DNA of 64,000 nucleotides, from NCBI RefSeq assembly GCF_009914755.1, contig NC_060943.1; one strand, 5' to 3'. This document shows positions 1 through 12,400 of the stretch, in pieces. Source of the DNA: the human T2T-CHM13v2.0 reference genome, Homo sapiens. A program made the translations under genes and the position numbers. Under the pieces are notes generated by a model. It worked only from the letters and a program-made list of their open reading frames with translations, was not told the origin of the DNA and did not search any database. Numbering within the stretch: the first letter of the stretch is position 1; every line of letters starts with the position of its first letter.

Positions 1-36
1 AATAGGAAATATCTTCCTATAGAAACTAGACAGAAT

Positions 37-205
37 GATTCTCAGAAACTCCTTTGTGATGTGTGCGTTCAACTCACAGAGTTTAACCTTTCTTTTCATA
101 GAGCAGTTAGGAAACACTCTGTTTGTAAAGTCTGCAAGTGGATATTCAGACCTCCTTGAGGCCTTCGTTGGAAACGGGATTTCTTCATATTATGCTAGAC
201 AGAAG
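37..205 (+). repeat. Representative B-type (J2-like) 169-bp alphoid monomer; recurs every 340 bp
   Basis: Starts at GATTCTCAGAAACT (37); the next homologous start is AATTCTCAGTAACT (206), giving 169 bp. Contains the CENP-B box at 163-179. Confidence 0.88.
163..179 (+). promoter_or_regulatory. CENP-B box (first of ~188, one per dimer; ~24 have a substitution in the 9-nt core)
   Basis: CTTCGTTGGAAACGGGA matches YTTCGTTGGAARCGGGA. Variants CTTCGTTGGAAGCGGGA (503-519) and TTTCGTTGGAAACGGGA (3903-3919) keep the core nTTCGnnnnAnnCGGGn. Confidence 0.96.
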
Positions 206-210
206 AATTC
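205..210. other. EcoRI site, one per dimer (classic 340-bp EcoRI alphoid dimer)
   Basis: GAATTC at 205, 545, 885 and onward. Extra variant sites at 29553, 45640 and 51760. Confidence 0.93.
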
Positions 211-376
211 TCAGTAACTTCTTTGTGTTGTGTGTATTCAAGTCACAGAGTTGAACGATCCTTTACACAGAGCAGACTTGAAACACTCTTTTTGTGGAAT
301 TTGCAAGTGGAGATTTCCGCCGCTTTGAGTTCAATGGTAGAATAGGAAATATCTTCCTATAGAAACTAGACAGAAT
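206..376 (+). repeat. Representative A-type (J1-like) 171-bp alphoid monomer; recurs every 340 bp
   Basis: 206-376 = 171 bp. No CENP-B box; carries CAATGGTAGAATAGGAA at the homologous position. Confidence 0.88.
332..348 (+). promoter_or_regulatory. A-box / pJalpha-position motif of the A-type monomer (recurs every 340 bp)
   Basis: CAATGGTAGAATAGGAA lies at the position homologous to the CENP-B box and resembles the pJalpha motif (CTAYGGTGRAAAAGGAA) with several mismatches. Binding cannot be shown from sequence. Confidence 0.6.
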
Positions 377-3300
377 GATTCTCAGAAACTCCTTTGTGAT
401 GTGTGCATTCAACTCACAGAGTTCAACCTTTCTTTTCATAGAGCAGTTGGGAAACACTCTGTTTGTAAAGTCTGCAAGTGGATATTCAGACTTCTTTGAG
501 GCCTTCGTTGGAAGCGGGATTTCTTCATGTTCTGCTAGACAGAAGAATTCTCAGAAACTTCCTTGTGTTGTGTGTTTTCAACTCACAGAGTTGAACGATC
601 CTTTACACAGAGCAGACTTGAAACACTCCTTTTGTGGAATTTGCAAGTGGAGATTTCAGCCGCTTTGAGGTCAATGGTAGAATAGGAAATATCTTCCTAT
701 AGAAAGTAGACAGAATGATTCTCAGAAACTCCTTTGTGATGTGTGCGTTCAACTCACAGAGTTTAACCTTTCTTTTCATAGAGCAGTTAGGAAACACTCT
801 GTTTGTAAAGTCTGCAAGTGGATATTCAGACCTCCTTGAGGCCTTCGTTGGAAACGGGTTTTCTTCATATTATGCTAGACAGAAGAATTCTCAGTAACTT
901 CCTTGTGTTGTGTGTATTCAACTCACAGAGTTGAACGATCCTTTACACAGAGCAGACTTGAAACACTCTTTTTGTGGAATTTGCAAGTGGAGATTTCAGC
1001 CGCTTTGAGTTCAATGGTAGAATAGGAAATATCTTCCTATAGAAACTAGACAGAATGATTCTCAGAAACTCCTTTGTGATGTGTGCGTTCAACTCACAGT
1101 GTTCAACCTTTCTTTTCATAGAGCAGTTGGGAAACACTCTGTTTGTAAAGTCTGCAAGTGGATATTCAGACTTCTTTGAGGCCTTCGTTGGAAGCGGGAT
1201 TTCTTCATGTTCTGCTAGACAGAAGAATTCTCAGAAACTTCCTTGTGTTGTGTGTTTTCAACTCACAGAGTTGAACGATCCTTTACACAGAGCAGACTTG
1301 AAACACTCCTTTTGTGGAATTTGCAAGTGGAGATTTCAGCCGCTTTGAGGTCAATGGTAGAATAGGAAATATCTTCATATAGAAAGTAGACAGAATGATT
1401 CTCAGAAACTCCTTTGTGATGTGTGCGTTCAACTCACAGAGTTTAACCTTTCTTTTCATAGAGCAGTTAGGAAACACTCTGTTTGTAAAGTCTGCAAGTG
1501 GATATTCAGACCTCCTTGAGGCCTTCGTTGGAAACGGGATTTCTTCATATTATGCTAGACAGAAGAATTCTCAGTAACTTCCTTGTGTTGTGTGTATTCA
1601 ACTCACAGAGTTGAACGATCCTTTACACAGAGCAGACTTGAAACACTCTTTTTGTGGTATTTGCAAGTGGAGATTTCAGCCGCTTTGAGGTCAATGGTAG
1701 AATAGGAAATATCTTCCTATAGAAACTAGACAGAATGATTCTCAGAAACTCCTTTGTGATGTGTGCGTTCAACTCACAGAGTTCAACCTTTCTTTTAATA
1801 GAGCAGTTGGGAAACACTCTGTTTGTAAAGTCTGCAAGTGGATATTCAGACTTCTTTGAGGCCTTCGTTGGAAACGGGATTTCTTCATATTATGCTAGAC
1901 AGAAGAATTCTCAGTAACTTCCTTGTGTTGTGTGTATTCAACTCACAGAGTTGAACGATCCTTTACACAGAGCAGACTTGAAACACTCTTTTTGTGGAAT
2001 TTGCAAGTGGAGATTTCAGCCGCTTTGAGGTCAATGGTAGAATAGGAAATATCTTCCTATAGAAACTAGACAGAATGATTCTCAGAAACTCCTTTGTGAT
2101 GTGTGCGTTCAACTCACAGAGTTTAACTTTTCTTTTCATAGAGCAGTTGGGAAACACTCTGTTTGTAAAGTCTGCAAGTGGATATTCAGACCTCCTTGAG
2201 GCCTTCGTTGGAAACGGGATTTCTTCATATTATGCTAGACAGAAGAATTCTCAGTAACTTCCTTGTGTTGTGTGTATTCAACTCACAGAGTTGAACGATC
2301 CTTTACACAGAGCAGACTTGAAACACTCTTTTTGTGGAATTTGCAAGTGGAGATTTCAGCCGCTTTGAGGTCAATGGTAGAATAGGAAATATCTTCCTAT
2401 AGAAACTAGACAGAATGATTCTCAGAAACTCCTTTGTGATGTGTGCGTTCAACTCACACAGTTTAACCTTTCTTTTCATAGAGCAGTTAGGAAACACTCT
2501 GTTTGTAAAGTCTGCAAGTGGATATTCAGACATCCTTGAGGCCTTCGTTGGAAACGGGATTTCTTCATATTATGCTAGACAGAAGAATTCTCAGTAACTT
2601 CCTTGTGTTGTGTGTATTCAACTCACAGAGTTGAACGATCCTTTACACAGAGCAGACTTGAAACACTCTTTTTGTGGTATTTGCAAGTGGAGATTTCAGC
2701 CGCTTTGAGTTCAATGGTAGAATAGGAAATATCCTCCTATAGAAACTAGACAGAATGATTCTCAGAAACTCCTTTGTGATGTGTGCGTTCAACTCACAGA
2801 GTTCAACCTTTCTTTTCATAGAGCAGTTGGGAAACACTCTGTTTGTAAAGTCTGCAAGTGGATATTCAGACTTCTTTGAGGCCTTCGTTGGAAGCGGGAT
2901 TTCTTCATGTTCTGCTAGACAGAAGAATTCTCAGAAACTTCCTTGTGTTGTGTGTTTTCAACTCACAGAGTTGAACGATCCTTTACACAGAGCAGACTTG
3001 AAACACTCCTTTTGTGGAATTTGCAAGTGGAGATTTCAGCCGCTTTGAGGTCAATGGTAGAATAGGAAATATCTTCCTATAGAAAGTAGACAGAATGATT
3101 CTCAGAAACTCCTTTGTGATGTGTGCGTTCAACTCACAGAGTTTAACCTTTCTTTTCATAGAGCAGTTAGGAAACACTCTGTTTGTAAAGTCTGCAAGTG
3201 GATATTCAGACCTCCTTGAGGCCTTCGTTGGAAACGGGATTTCTTCATATTATGCTAGACAGAAGAATTCTCAGTAACTTCCTTGTGTTGTGTGTATTCA

Positions 3301-6300
3301 ACTCACAGAGTTGAACGATCCTTTACACAGAGCAGACTTGAAACACTCTTTTTGTGGTATTTGCAAGTGGAGATTTCAGCCGCTTTGAGGTCAATGGTAG
3401 AATAGGAAATATCTTCCTATAGAAACTAGACAGAATGATTCTCAGAAACTCCTTTGTGATGTGTGCGTTCAACTCACAGAGTTCAACCTTTCTTTTATTA
3501 GAGCAGTTGGGAAACACTCTGTTTGTAAAGTCTGCAAGTGGATATTCAGACTTCTTTGAGGCCTTCGTTGGAAACGGGATTTCTTCATATTATGCTAGAC
3601 AGAAGAATTCTCAGTAACTTCCTTGTGTTGTGTGTATTCAACTCACAGAGTTGAACGATCCTTTACACAGAGCAGACTTGAAACACTCTTTTTGTGGAAT
3701 TTGCAAGTGGAGATTTCAGCCGCTTTGAGGTCAATGGTAGAATAGGAAATATCTTCCTATAGAAACTAGACAGAATGATTCTCAGAAACTCCTTTGTGAT
3801 GTGTGCGTTCAACTCACAGAGTTTAACTTTTCTTTTCATAGAGCAGTTGGGAAACACTCTGTTTGTAAAGTCTGCAAGTGGATATTCAGACATCCTTGAG
3901 GCTTTCGTTGGAAACGGGATTTCTTCATATTCTGCTAGAAAGAAGAATTCTCAGTAACTTCCTTGTGTTGTGTGTATTCAACTCACAGAGTTGAACGATC
4001 CTTTACACAGAGCAGACTTGAAACAGTCTTTTTGTGGTATTTGCAAGTGGAGATTTCAGCCGCTTTGAGGTCAATGGTAGAATAGGAAATATCCTCCTAT
4101 AGAAACTAGACAGAATGATTCTCAGAAACTCCTTTGTGATGTGTGCGTTCAACTCACAGAGTTCAACCTTTCTTTTCATAGAGCAGTTGGGAAACACTCT
4201 GTTTGTAAAGTCTGCAAGTGGATATTCAGACTTCTTTGAGGCCTTCGTTGGAAGCGGGATTTCTTCATATTCTGCTAGACAGAAGAATTCTCAGTAACTG
4301 CCTTGTGTTGTGTGTATTCAACTCACAGAGTTGAACGATCCTTTACACAGAGCAGACTTGAAACACTCTTTTTGTGGAATTTGCAAGTGGAGATTTCAGC
4401 CGCTTTGAGGTCAATGGTAGAATAGGAAATATCTTCCTATAGAAACTAGACAGAATGATTCTCAGAAACTCCTTTGTGATGTGTGCGTTCAACTCACAGA
4501 GTTTAACCTTTCTTTTCATAGAGCAGTTAGGAAACACTCTGTTTGTAAAGTCTGCAAGTGGATATTCAGACATCCTTGAGGCTTTCGTTGGAAACGGGAT
4601 TTCTTCATATTCTGCTAGAAAGAAGAATTCTCAGTAACTTCCTTGTGTTGTGTGTATTCAACTCACAGAGTTGAACGATCCTTTACACAGAGCAGACTTG
4701 AAACACTCTTTTTGTGGAATTTGCAAGTGGAGATTTCAGCCGCTTTGAGTTCAATGGTAGAATAGGAAATATCTTCCTATAGAAAGTAGACAGAATGATT
4801 CTCAGAAACTCCTTTGTGATGTGTGCGTTCAACTCACAGAGTTCAACCTTTCTTTTAATAGAGCAGTTGGGAAACACTCTGTTTGTAAAGTCTGCAAGTG
4901 GATATTCAGACTTCTTTGAGGCCTTCGTTGGAAGCGGGATTTCTTCATATTCTGCTAGACAGAAGAATTCTCAGTAACTTCCTTGTGTTGTGTGTATTCA
5001 ACTCACAGAGTTGAACGATCCTTTACACAGAGCAGACTTGAAACACTCTTTTTGTGGAATTTGCAAGTGGAGATTTCAGCCGCTTTGAGGTCAATGGTAG
5101 AATAGGAAATATCTTCCTATAGAAACTAGACAGAATGATTCTCAGAAACTCCTTTGTGATGTGTGCGTTCTACTTACAGAGTTTAACCTTTCTTTTCATA
5201 GAGCAGTTAGGAAACACTCTGTTTGTAAAGTCTGCAAGTGGATATTCAGACCTCCTTGAGGCCTTCGTTGGAAACGGGATTTCTTCATATTATGCTAGAC
5301 AGAAGAATTCTCAGTAACTTCCTTGTGTTGTGTGTATTCAACTCACAGAGTTGAACGATCCTTTACACAGAGCAGACTTGAAACACTCTTTTTGTGGAAT
5401 TTGCAAGTCGAGATTTCAGCCGCTTTGAGGTCAATGGTAGAATAGGAAATATCTTCCTATAGAAACTAGACAGAATGATTCTCAGAAACTCCTTTGTGAT
5501 GTGTGCGTTCAACTCACAGAGTTCAACCTTTCTTTTCATAGAGCAGTTGGGAAACACTCTGTTTGTAAAGTCTGCAAGTGGATATTCAGACTTCTTTGAG
5601 GCCTTCGTTGGAAGCGGGATTTCTTCCTGTTCTGCTAGACAGAAGAATTCTCAGAAACTTCCTTGTGTTGTGTGTTTTCAACTCACAGAGTTGAACGATC
5701 CTTTACACAGAGCAGACTTGAAACACTCCTTTTGTGGAATTTGCAAGTGGAGATTTCAGCCGCTTTGAGGTCAATGGTAGAATAGGAAATATCTTCCTAT
5801 AGAAACTAGACAGAATGATTCTCAGAAACTCCTTTGTGATGTGTGCGTTCAACTCACAGAGTTTAACCTTTCTTTTCATAGAGCAGTTAGGAAACACTCT
5901 GTTTGTAAAGTCTGCAAGTGGATATTCAGACCTCCTTGAGGCCTTCGTTGGAAACGGGATTTCTTCATATTATGCTAGACAGAAGAATTCTCAGTAACTT
6001 CCTTGTGTTGTGTGTATTCAACTCACAGAGTTGAACGATCCTTTACACAGAGCAGACTTGAAACACTCTTTTTGTGGTATTTGCAAGTGGAGATTTCAGC
6101 CGCTTTGAGGTCAATGGTAGAATAGGAAATATCTTCCTATAGAAACTAGACAGAATGATTCTGAGAAACTCCTTTGTGATGTGTGCGTTCAACTCACAGA
6201 GTTCAACCTTTCTTTTAATAGAGCAGTTAGGAAACACTCTGTTTGTAAAGTCTGCAAGTGGATATTCAGACCTCCTTGGGGCCTTCGTTGGAAACGGGAT

Positions 6301-6450
6301 TTCTTCATATTATGCTAGACAGAAGAATTCTCAGTAACTTCCTTGTGTTGTGTGTATTCAACTCACAGAGTTGAACGATTCTTTACACAGAGCAGTCTTG
6401 AAACACTCTTTTTGTGGAATTTGCAAGTGGAGATTTCAGCCGCTTTGAGT

Positions 6451-9400
6451 TCAATGGTAGAATAGGAAATATCTTCCTATAGAAACTAGACAGAATGATT
6501 CTCAGAAACTCCTTTGTGATGTGTGCGTTCAACTCACAGAGTTCAACCTTTCTTTTCATAGAGCAGTTGGGAAACACTCTGTTTGTAAAGTCTGCAAGTG
6601 GATATTCAGACTTCTTTGAGGCCTTCGTTGGAAGCGGGATTTCTTCATGTTCTGCTAGACAGAAGAATTCTCAGAAACTTCCTTGTGTTGTGTGTTTTCA
6701 ACTCACAGAGTTGAACGATCCTTTACACAGAGCAGACTTGAAACACTCCTTTTGTGGAATTTGCAAGTGGAGATTTCAGCCGCTTTGAGGTCAATGGTAG
6801 AATAGGAAATATCTTCCTATAGAAAGTAGACAGAATGATTCTCAGAAACTCCTTTGTGATGTGTGCGTTCAACTCACAGAGTTTAACCTTTCTTTTCATA
6901 GAGCAGTTAGGAAACACTCTGTTTGTAAAGTCTGCAAGTGGATATTCAGACCTCCTTGAGGCCTTCGTTGGAAACGGTATTTCTTCATATTCTGCTAGAC
7001 AGAAGAATTCTCAGTAACTTCCTTGTGTTGTGTGTATTCAACTCACAGAGTTGAACGATCCTTTACACAGAGCAGACTTGAAACACTCTTTTTGTGGAAT
7101 TTGCAAGTGGAGATTTCAGCCGCTTTGAGTTCAATGGTAGAATAGGAAATATCTTCCTATAGAAACTAGACAGAATGATTGTCAGAAACTCCTTTGTGAT
7201 GTGTGCGTTCAACTCACAGAGTTCAACCTTTCTTTTCATAGAGCAGTTGGGAAACACTCTGTTTGTAAAGTCTGTTAGGGGATATTCAGACTTCTTTGAG
7301 GCCTTCGTTGGAAGCGGGATTTCTTCATATTCTGCTAGACAGAAGAATTCTCAGTAACTGCCTTGTGTTGTGTGTATTCAACTCACAGAGTTGAACGATC
7401 CTTTACACAGAGCAGACTTGAAACACTCTTTTTGTGGAACTTGCAAGTGGAGATTTCAGCCGCTTTGAGGTCAATGGTAGAATAGGAAATATCTTCCTAT
7501 AGAAACTAGACAGAATGATTCTCAGAAACTCCTTTGTGATGTGTGCGTTCAACTCACAGAGTTTAACCTTTCTTTTCATAGAGCAGTTAGGAAACACTCT
7601 GTTTGTAAAGTCTGCAAGTGGATATTCAGACATCCTTGAGGCTTTCGTTGGAAACGGGATTTCTTCATATTCTGCTAGAAAGAAGAATTCTCAGTAACTT
7701 CCTTGTGTTGTGTGTATTCAACTCACAGAGTTGAACGATCCTTTACACAGAGCAGACTTGAAACACTCTTTTTGTGGAATTTGCAAGTGGAGATTTCAGC
7801 CGCTTTGAGGTCAATGGTAGAATAGGAAATATCTTCCTATAGAAACTAGACAGAATGATTCTCAGAAACTCCTTTGTGATGTGTGCGTTCAACTCACAGA
7901 GTTTAACCTTTCTTTTCATAGAGCAGTTAGGAAACACTCTGTTTGTAAAGTCTGCAAGTGGATATTCAGACATCTTTGAGGCCTTCGTTGGAAACGTTAT
8001 TTCTTCATGTTCTGCTAGACAGAAGAATTCTCAGAAACTTCCTTGTGTTGTGTGTTTTCAACTCACAGAGTTGAACGATGCTTTACACAGAGTAGACTTG
8101 AAACACTCTTTTTGTGTAATTTGCAAGTGGAGATTTCAGCCGCTTTGAGGTCAATGGTAGAAAAGGAAATATCTTCGTATAAAAACTAGACAGAATGATT
8201 CTCAGAAACTCCTTTGTGATGTGTGCGTTCAACTCACAGAGTTTAACCTTTCTTTTCATAGAGCAGTTAGGAAACACTCTGTTTGTAAAGTCTGCAAGTG
8301 GATATTCAGACCTCCTTAAGGCCTTCGTTGGAAACGGGATTTCTTCATATTATGCTAGACAGAAGAATTCTCAGTAACTTCCTTGTGTTGTGTGTATTCA
8401 ACTCACAGAGTTGAACGATCCTTTACACAGAGCAGACTTGAAACACTCTTTTTGTGGAATTTGCAAGTGGAGATTTCAGCCGCTTTGAGGTCAATGGTAG
8501 AATAGGAAATATCTTCCTATAGAAACTAGACAGAATGATTCTGAGAAACTCCTTTGTGATGTGTGCGTTCAACTCACACAGTTTAACCTTTCTTTTCATA
8601 GAGCAGTTAGGAAACACTCTGTTTGTAAAGTCTGCAAGTGGATATTCAGACCTCCTTGAGGCCTTCGTTGGAAACGGGATTTCTTCATATTATGCTAGAC
8701 AGAAGAATTCTCAGTAACTTCCTTGTGTTGTGTGTATTCAACTCACAGAGTTGAAGGATCCTTTACACAGAGCAGACTTGAAACACTCTTTTTGTGGAAT
8801 TTGCAAGTGGAGATTTCAGCCGCTTTGAGTTCAATGGTAGAATAGGAAATATCTTCCTATAGAAACTAGACAGAATGATTCTCAGAAACTCCTTTGTGAT
8901 GTGTGCGTTCAACTCACAGAGTTCAACCTTTCTTTTCATAGAGCAGTTGGGAAACACTCTGTTTGTAAAGTCTGCAAGTGGATATTCAGACTTCTTTGAG
9001 GCCTTCGTTGGAAGCGGGATTTCTTCATGTTCTGCTAGACAGAAGAATTCTCAGAAACTTCCTTGTGTTGTGTGTTTTCAACTCACAGAGTTGAACGATC
9101 CTTTACACAGAGCAGACTTGAAACACTCCTTTTGTGGAATTTGCAAGTGGAGATTTCAGCCGCTTTGAGGTCAATGGTAGAATAGGAAATATCTTCCTAT
9201 AGAAAGTAGACAGAATGATTCTCAGAAACTCCTTTGTGATGTGTGCGTTCAACTCACAGAGTTTAACCTTTCATTTCATAGAGCAGTTAGGAAACACTCT
9301 GTTTGTAAAGTCTGCAAGTGGATATTCAGACCTCCTTGAGGCCTTCGTTGGAAACGGTATTTCTTCATATTCTGCTAGACAGAAGAATTCTCAGTAACTT

Positions 9401-12400
9401 CCTTGTGTTGTGTGTATTCAACTCACAGAGTTGAACGATCCTTTACACAGAGCAGACTTGAAACACTCTTTTTGTGGAATTTGCAAGTGGAGATTTCAGC
9501 CGCTTTGAGTTCAATGGTAGAATAGGAAATATCTTCCTATAGAAACTAGACAGAATGATTCTCAGAAACTCCTTTGTGATGTGTGCGTTCAACTCACAGA
9601 GTTCAACCTTTCTTTTCATAGAGCAGTTGGGAAACACTCTGTTTGTAAAGTCTGCAAGTGGATATTCAGACTTCTTTGAGGCCTTCGTTGGAAGCGGGAT
9701 TTCTTCATATTCTGCTAGACAGAAGAATTCTCAGTAACTGCCTTGTGTTGTGTGTATTCAACTCACAGAGTTGAACGATCCTTTACACAGAGCAGACTTG
9801 AAACACTCTTTTTGTGGAACTTGCAAGTGGAGATTTCAGCCGCTTTGAGGTCAATGGTAGAATAGGAAATATCTTCCTATAGAAACTAGACAGAATGATT
9901 CTCAGAAACTCCTTTGTGATGTGTGCGTTCAACTCACAGAGTTTAACCTTTCTTTTCATAGAGCAGGTAGGAAACACTCTGTTTGTAAAGTCTGCAAGTG
10001 GATATTCAGACATCCTTGAGGCTTTCGTTGGAAACGGGATTTCTTCATATTCTGCTAGAAAGAAGAATTCTCAGTAACTTCCTTGTGTTGTGTGTATTCA
10101 ACTCACAGAGTTGAACGATCCTTTACACAGAGCAGACTTGAAACACTCTTTTTGTGGAATTTGCAAGTGGAGATTTCAGCCGCTTTGAGGTCAATGGTAG
10201 AATAGGAAATATCTTCCTATAGAAACTAGACAGAATGATTCTCAGAAACTCCTTTGTGATGTGTGCGTTCAACTCACAGAGTTCAACCTTTCTTTTCATA
10301 GAGCAGTTGGGAAACACTCTGTTTGTAAAGTCTGCAAGTGGATATTCAGACTTCTTTGAGGCCTTCGTTGGAAGCGGGATTTCTTCATGTTCTGCTAGAC
10401 AGAAGAATTCTCAGAAACTTCCTTGTGTTGTGTGTTTTCAACTCACAGAGTTGAACGATCCTTTACACAGAGCAGACTTGAAACACTCCTTTTGTGGAAT
10501 TTGCAAGTGGAGATTTCAGCCGCTTTGAGGTCAATGGTAGAATAGGAAATATCTTCCTATAGAAAGTAGACAGAATGATTCTCAGAAACTCCTTTGTGAT
10601 GTGTGCGTTCAACTCACAGAGTTTAACCTTTCTTTTCATAGAGCAGTTAGGAAACACTCTGTTTGTAAAGTCTGCAAGTGGATATTCAGACCTCCTTGAG
10701 GCCTTCGTTGGAAACGGTATTTCTTCATATTCTGCTAGACAGAAGAATTCTCAGTAACTTCCTTGTGTTGTGTGTATTCAACTCACAGAGTTGAACGATC
10801 CTTTACACAGAGCAGACTTGAAACACTCTTTTTGTGGAATTTGCAAGTGGAGATTTCAGCCGCTTTGAGTTCAATGGTAGAATAGGAAATATCTTCCTAT
10901 AGAAACTAGACAGAATGATTGTCAGAAACTCCTTTGTGATGTGTGCGTTCAACTCACAGAGTTCAACCTTTCTTTTCATAGAGCAGTTGGGAAACACTCT
11001 GTTTGTAAAGTCTGTTAGGGGATATTCAGACTTCTTTGAGGCCTTCGTTGGAAGCGGGATTTCTTCATATTCTGCTAGACAGAAGAATTCTCAGTAACTG
11101 CCTTGTGTTGTGTGTATTCAACTCACAGAGTTGAACGATCCTTTACACAGAGCAGACTTGAAACACTCTTTTTGTGGAACTTGCAAGTGGAGATTTCAGC
11201 CGCTTTGAGGTCAATGGTAGAATAGGAAATATCTTCCTATAGAAACTAGACAGAATGATTCTCAGAAACTCCTTTGTGATGTGTGCGTTCAACTCACAGA
11301 GTTTAACCTTTCTTTTCATAGAGCAGTTAGGAAACACTCTGTTTGTAAAGTCTGCAAGTGGATATTCAGACATCCTTGAGGCTTTCGTTGGAAACGGGAT
11401 TTCTTCATATTCTGCTAGAAAGAAGAATTCTCAGTAACTTCCTTGTGTTGTGTGTATTCAACTCACAGAGTTGAACGATCCTTTACACAGAGCAGACTTG
11501 AAACACTCTTTTTGTGGAATTTGCAAGTGGAGATTTCAGCCGCTTTGAGGTCAATGGTAGAATAGGAAATATCTTCCTATAGAAACTAGACAGAATGATT
11601 CTCAGAAACTCCTTTGTGATGTGTGCGTTCAACTCACAGAGTTTAACCTTTCTTTTCATAGAGCAGTTAGGAAACACTCTGTTTGTAAAGTCTGCAAGTG
11701 GATATTCAGACATCTTTGAGGCCTTCGTTGGAAACGTTATTTCTTCATGTTCTGCTAGACAGAAGAATTCTCAGAAACTTCCTTGTGTTGTGTGTTTTCA
11801 ACTCACAGAGTTGAACGATGCTTTACACAGAGTAGACTTGAAACACTCTTTTTGTGTAATTTGCAAGTGGAGATTTCAGCCGCTTTGAGGTCAATGGTAG
11901 AAAAGGAAATATCTTCGTATAAAAACTAGACAGAATGATTCTCAGAAACTCCTTTGTGATGTGTGCGTTCAACTCACAGAGTTTAACCTTTCTTTTCATA
12001 GAGCAGTTGGGAAACACTCTGTTTGTAAAGTCTGCAAGTGGATATTCAGACTTCTTTGAGGCCTTCGTTGGAAGCGGGATTTCTTCATATTCTGCTAGAC
12101 AGAAGAATTCTCAGTAACTGCCTTGTGTTGTGTGTATTCAACTCACAGAGTTGAACGATCCTTTACACAGAGCAGACTTGAAACACTCTTTTTGTGGAAC
12201 TTGCAAGTGGAGATTTCAGCCGCTTTGAGGTCAATGGTAGAATAGGAAATATCTTCCTATAGAAACTAGACAGAATGATTCTCAGAAACTCCTTTGTGAT
12301 GTGTGCGTTCAACTCACAGAGTTTAACCTTTCTTTTCATAGAGCAGGTAGGAAACACTCTGTTTGTAAAGTCTGCAAGTGGATATTCAGACATCCTTGAG

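Noticed and set aside
329-672. AGGTCA/AGTTCA nuclear-receptor half-sites created by the GAGG/GAGT polymorphism
   Set aside because: Isolated 6-mers with no paired half-site at a standard spacing; no support for function from sequence alone.
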